From Eledone cirrhosa (taxonomy: Eukaryota), in the NCBI GenBank assembly GCA_964016885.1, contig OZ024751.1, positions 31,806,001-31,870,000 of the forward strand: a stretch of DNA of 64,000 bases, read 5' to 3'. The translations under genes were made by a program, and so were the position numbers. Below, one piece after another: positions 59,150 through 64,000 of this stretch (positions within the stretch are counted from its first letter, which is position 1; the number at the start of each line of letters is the position of its first letter). Under the pieces are notes generated by a model that saw only the letters and a list, made by a program, of their open reading frames with translations, searched no databases and was not told the DNA's origin.

Positions 59150-59461
59150 GGTGTCGCAGAAACCCTGTAGGATTATACAATCATTTCCGAGGGTCCGGGT
59201 AAATATTTCGTTCATTTATTTTGTTTGACCCGTTTAGCCTGCTTCGTTTTTTTGGGCTTAGGTGGTTGATAGCTTCTTAACCGCCCTTTCAGTTTGTATG
59301 GGCCTTTATAACATAGGTTTATTGCTCTGGTCTCTTTTGGTTCATGGAGCGCTTGCCAACACAAATCGTAAATTGCGTTTCGCTTATTTCTACCCGCCGA
59401 AATACGATTCTCGCTGAATTTATATTTATATACATACATACATACACACATACATACATAC

Positions 59462-59514
<53 letters not shown>

Positions 59515-59645
59515 CATATATATACATACATAATATATATATATACATATACATAATATATATATACATATATATATATACATATATATACATACATATA
59601 TATACATATATATACATACATAATATATATATATACATATACATA

Positions 59646-59728
<83 letters not shown>

Positions 59729-59777
59729 ATGTATATGTATATATATATATTATGTATGTATATATATGTATACATAC

Positions 59778-59848
<71 letters not shown>

Positions 59849-59907
59849 CATATATATATACATACATAATATATATATATACATATACATAATATATATA
59901 TATATAC

Positions 59908-59938
<31 letters not shown>

Positions 59939-59954
59939 CATAATATATATATAC

Positions 59955-60322
<368 letters not shown>

Positions 60323-60582
60323 TCACACACATACATGTATGCATATATATATATATGACTTCACTGTTTATAAGAAACATGAAAAGTGATAGCTTGATAA
60401 AGTTGATACAGCTACTATCCACCCTCTAAGCTATAACCTCCTCGTTCTTTCCCACCGTGTCTCCTCCCTACCCCCGTTCTACATTCAACCCCCTTTGCCA
60501 TCGTTCTCTCCCTACTTCTTACCCCTCATTTTCCTTGTCCTATTCCCCTTCCTCTTTAAACCTGGCCCCAGGAAATATTTAC

Positions 60583-61522
60583 AGGCATGGCAGTATCGGT
60601 AGAGCGTCGGACGACATGCTTTACAGCATACAGTTACGTCCCTTTATGTTCTGAGTTCAAATCCTGCCCAGGTTAACTTTGCTTTCATCTTTACGAAGTC
60701 GATAAAATAAAGTACCAGTAATGTACTGAGGAAATTGCTGGCCTTGTGCCAAAAGTAGAAACAATTATTATTGACAGAACCTCGGACACTATGTTTTATG
60801 GCATAGAGTTATGGTCATTTACGTTCTGAGTTCAAATCCCGTAAAGGTTAGCTTTGCCTTTCATCCTTATGGAGTCGATCAAATAAAGCACCAGTAATGC
60901 ACTGGGGTCGATTTAATCAACTTTCCCCTCTCCTCAAACTGCTAGCCTTGTGCCTATAGTAAAAATAATTATTATTGACAGATATTGATATTAATAATAA
61001 TGGTTTCTGATTTAGGGACAAGGCGAACAATTGGGGTGGGGTGGGGATTCGATTAAATCGACCTGAGTGCGCTACTGGTACTATATTTTATCGATCTCCG
61101 TAAGGATGAAAGGCAAAGCTAATCTTGGCGAGGTATTTGATTTTATGCCGCAAAGCATGTTGACCGACGCACTACCAATTATTGCCAATTCATCGCCCCA
61201 TGGAAAGCTAATAATGGTTTTTTTATATAGACACAAGGCCAGCAATTTTGGGGTTGGGGAAAGTCGATTAAATCGACCCCAGTGCGTGACTGGTACTTTA
61301 TTTTATCGACCCCATAAGGATGAAAGCAAAGTTAACCTCGGCAGGATTTGAACCCAGACCGTAAAGGGTCGCAACTCTATGTCGTAAAGCATGGTGTTCG
61401 ACTCTCTACCGATACTGCCAATCCACTGATCTAGACACAAGGTCAGCAATTCATGGGGAGGGTGAAGTCGGTTATGCTGACCTTCAGTATTTGACTGGTA
61501 CTTTATTTTATCGACCCCGGAA
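60583..61522. mobile_element. Cluster of five Meta-like SINE copies (two plus, then three minus)
   Basis: Repeated gtcgataaaataaagtaccag motif or its reverse complement. Confidence 0.75.
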
Positions 61523-61529
61523 AGTATTA

Positions 61530-61825
61530 TGTCACGTTGTTACTCCGCACCGGAAGTTCTGAGACGTTGTCAGCAACAGTGGAAATGTTACTCCGCACCG
61601 GAAGTTCTGTGGCATTGTCGGCAACAGTGGAACTGTTATTCCGCACCGGAATGTCTGCCGGTAACAGAAGAAATATTACTCCGCACCGGAAGTTGTATGA
61701 CATTGTTGGCAACAGTGTAAATGTTACTCCGCACCGGAAGTATGTGACATTGTCGGCAATAGTAGAAATAATGCTCCGTACCGGAAGTCCTGAGACATTG
61801 TCAGCAACAGTGGAAATATTACTTA
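61530..61825. repeat. About 48-bp minisatellite, about 6 copies
   Basis: tactccgcaccggaag at 61541, 61589 and onward. Confidence 0.92.
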
Positions 61826-62129
61826 GATAAAATTCTAACAAATATTTCCTTTAAAACAAACTTTCGTCTCTCAACAAAAACAAACATTTCAATTTTAAAA
61901 AAGATGTTTCTATTCTTCTTGTCTCCTTTCCTCTATCTCTCTCTTTCTCTCTGCCTCTTTCAATCTCTGTCCCCCTGTCACACACTCTCTCTGCCTCTCT
62001 CTATCTCCCTGCTACTCTCTCTCTCTCTCTCTCTGCCGCTCTCTCTCTCTGCTTCTCTGTCTACCAGTCTCTCTCGCGCCCTCTGTCTATGTGCAATTCT
62101 CTCCCATTTTCTGTCTGTCACTCTCTCTC

Positions 62130-62885
62130 TCTCTCACACGGTTTGTATTCTGTATATCTGCCATTCTATCTCTCCACCTCTCTCCCTCTCCCTCTCTCTC
62201 GCTCTCTCACACGGTTTGTATTCTGTATATCTGCCATTCTATCTCTCCACTTCTCTCTCTGTCCCCCCTCTCTCTCTCTCACGGTTTGTATTCTGTATAT
62301 CTGCCATTCTATTTCTCCCCCTCTCCCACTCTCTCTCTCTCACGGTTTGTATTCTGTATATCTGCCCTTCTATCTCTCCACCTCTCCCCCCCCCTCTCTC
62401 TCTCACACGGTTTGTATTCTGTATATCTGCCATTCTATCTCTCCACTTCTCTCTCTGCCCCCTCTCTCTCTCTCTCTCTCTCACGGTTTGTATTCTATCT
62501 CTCCACCTCTCTCCCTCGCTCTCTCACACGGTTTGTATTCTGTATATCTGCCATTCTATCTCTCCACTTCTCTCTCTGTCCCCCCCTCTCTCTCTCACGG
62601 TTTGTATTCTGTATATTTGCCATTCTATTTCTCCCCCTCTCCCACTCTCTGTCTCTCACGGTTTGTATTCTGTATATCTGCCATTCTATTTCTCCCCCTC
62701 TCCCACTCTCTCTCTCTCACGGTTTGTATTCTGTATATCTGCCATTCTATCTCTCCACCTCCCCCCTCTCTCTCTCACACGGTTTGTATTCTGTATATCT
62801 GCCATTCTATCTCTCCACTTCTCTCTCTGCCCCCTCTCTCTCTCTCTCTCTCATGGTTTGTATTCTATCTCACCACCTCTCTCTC
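62130..62885. repeat. Minisatellite cacggtttgtattctgtatatctgccattctat with variable (CT)n spacer, about 12-13 copies
   Basis: Direct reading. Confidence 0.92.
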
Positions 62886-62966
62886 CAACTCAGTTACAAT
62901 AGATCTTATCAAATCAGTTTCTTCGTCCAAGCATGCATACATTAAGCAATTTAGTAATGCCCTACT

Positions 62967-63027
<61 letters not shown>

Positions 63028-63199
63028 CTTACACACCACAAACATACATACACACACATACACACCCACACAACACCACAGCACAGCACAGCACACCACA
63101 GCACACAACACACACTACACCACACTACACCACACCATACCACACCACACAACACAAACCACACCACACCACACTACACCACACCACACCACACCAAAT

Positions 63200-64000
63200 A
63201 ATATGATAAATAATAATATAGTGATAAAAAATATTATAGTGATAAAAATAATATAGCGATAAAAATAATATAGAGATATAAAAATAGTATGATAAAAAAA
63301 TAATATTTTGATAAAAAAATAAGTGATAAAAAAATATGATAAAAATTTTTATAGTGATAAAAAATAATATGACAAAAATAATATGGTGATAAAAAGAATA
63401 TAGTGATAAAAATAATATAGTGATAAAAATAATATAGTTATAAAAAAAATAATATAGTGAGAAAAATAATATAGTGAGAAAAAATAATATAGCGATAAAA
63501 AAATAATATAGTGATAAAAAATAATAGTGATAAAAAATAAAATGATAAAAATAATATAGTGATAAAAATAATATAGCGATAAAAATAATATTTTGATTAA
63601 AAAATATGATAAAAAAATAATAGTGATAAAAAATAATATGATAAAAATAATATAGTGATAAAAAAAATAATATAGTGATAAAAAATAATATAGTGATAAA
63701 AAAAATAATATAGTGATAAAAAATAATATAGTGATAAAAAAATAATATAGTGATAAAAAATAATATAGTGATAAAAAAAATAATATAGTGATAAAAATAA
63801 TATGATAGAAAATAATATGATAAAAAAATAATATTTTGATTAAAAAAATATGATAAAAAAATAATAGTGATAAAAAATAATATGATAAAAATAATATAGT
63901 GATAAAAATAATATAGCGATAAAAAATAATATAGTGATAAAAGTGATATAGTCATAAAAGTGATATAGTGATAAAAAAATAATTCGATAAAAAAACAATA
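63200..64000. repeat. AT-rich about 19-bp minisatellite (aaaaataatatagtgata)
   Basis: Direct reading. Confidence 0.9.

Noticed and set aside
60388-60420. gatagc-TTGATAA-hairpin
   Set aside because: GAAA and stem III are missing
61904-63955. ORFs of 276-370 aa
   Set aside because: Translations of minisatellites and (CT)n

Overview
Repeat-saturated, AT-rich eukaryotic window with a 200-N assembly gap at 3959-4158. The SINE/LINE/microsatellite repertoire suggests a mollusc, most likely Octopus (inference). I see no host protein-coding gene; almost all long ORFs in the track are (TA)n/(CA)n artefacts. Recognisable elements are a decayed Penelope-like element (GIY-YIG end, long 3' region and hammerhead), one near full-length and three 5'-truncated Tx1/L1-clade LINEs ending in (CTAT)n, RTE and R4/Dong-like LINE remnants, tRNA-derived SINEs, Helitron-like and hAT-like non-autonomous elements, and several minisatellites. 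The standout signal, read by eye, is about 16 intact-looking and about 10 variant or partial type I hammerhead ribozymes. They sit in many small non-coding elements that abut (TA)n tracts, including a 310-bp rod-like tandem retrozyme-type monomer. Many of these inserts are fold-backs with both 3' ends pointing outward. In one family the inversion pivot is repeatedly hammerhead stem II, and one truncated copy ends at the predicted self-cleavage site.
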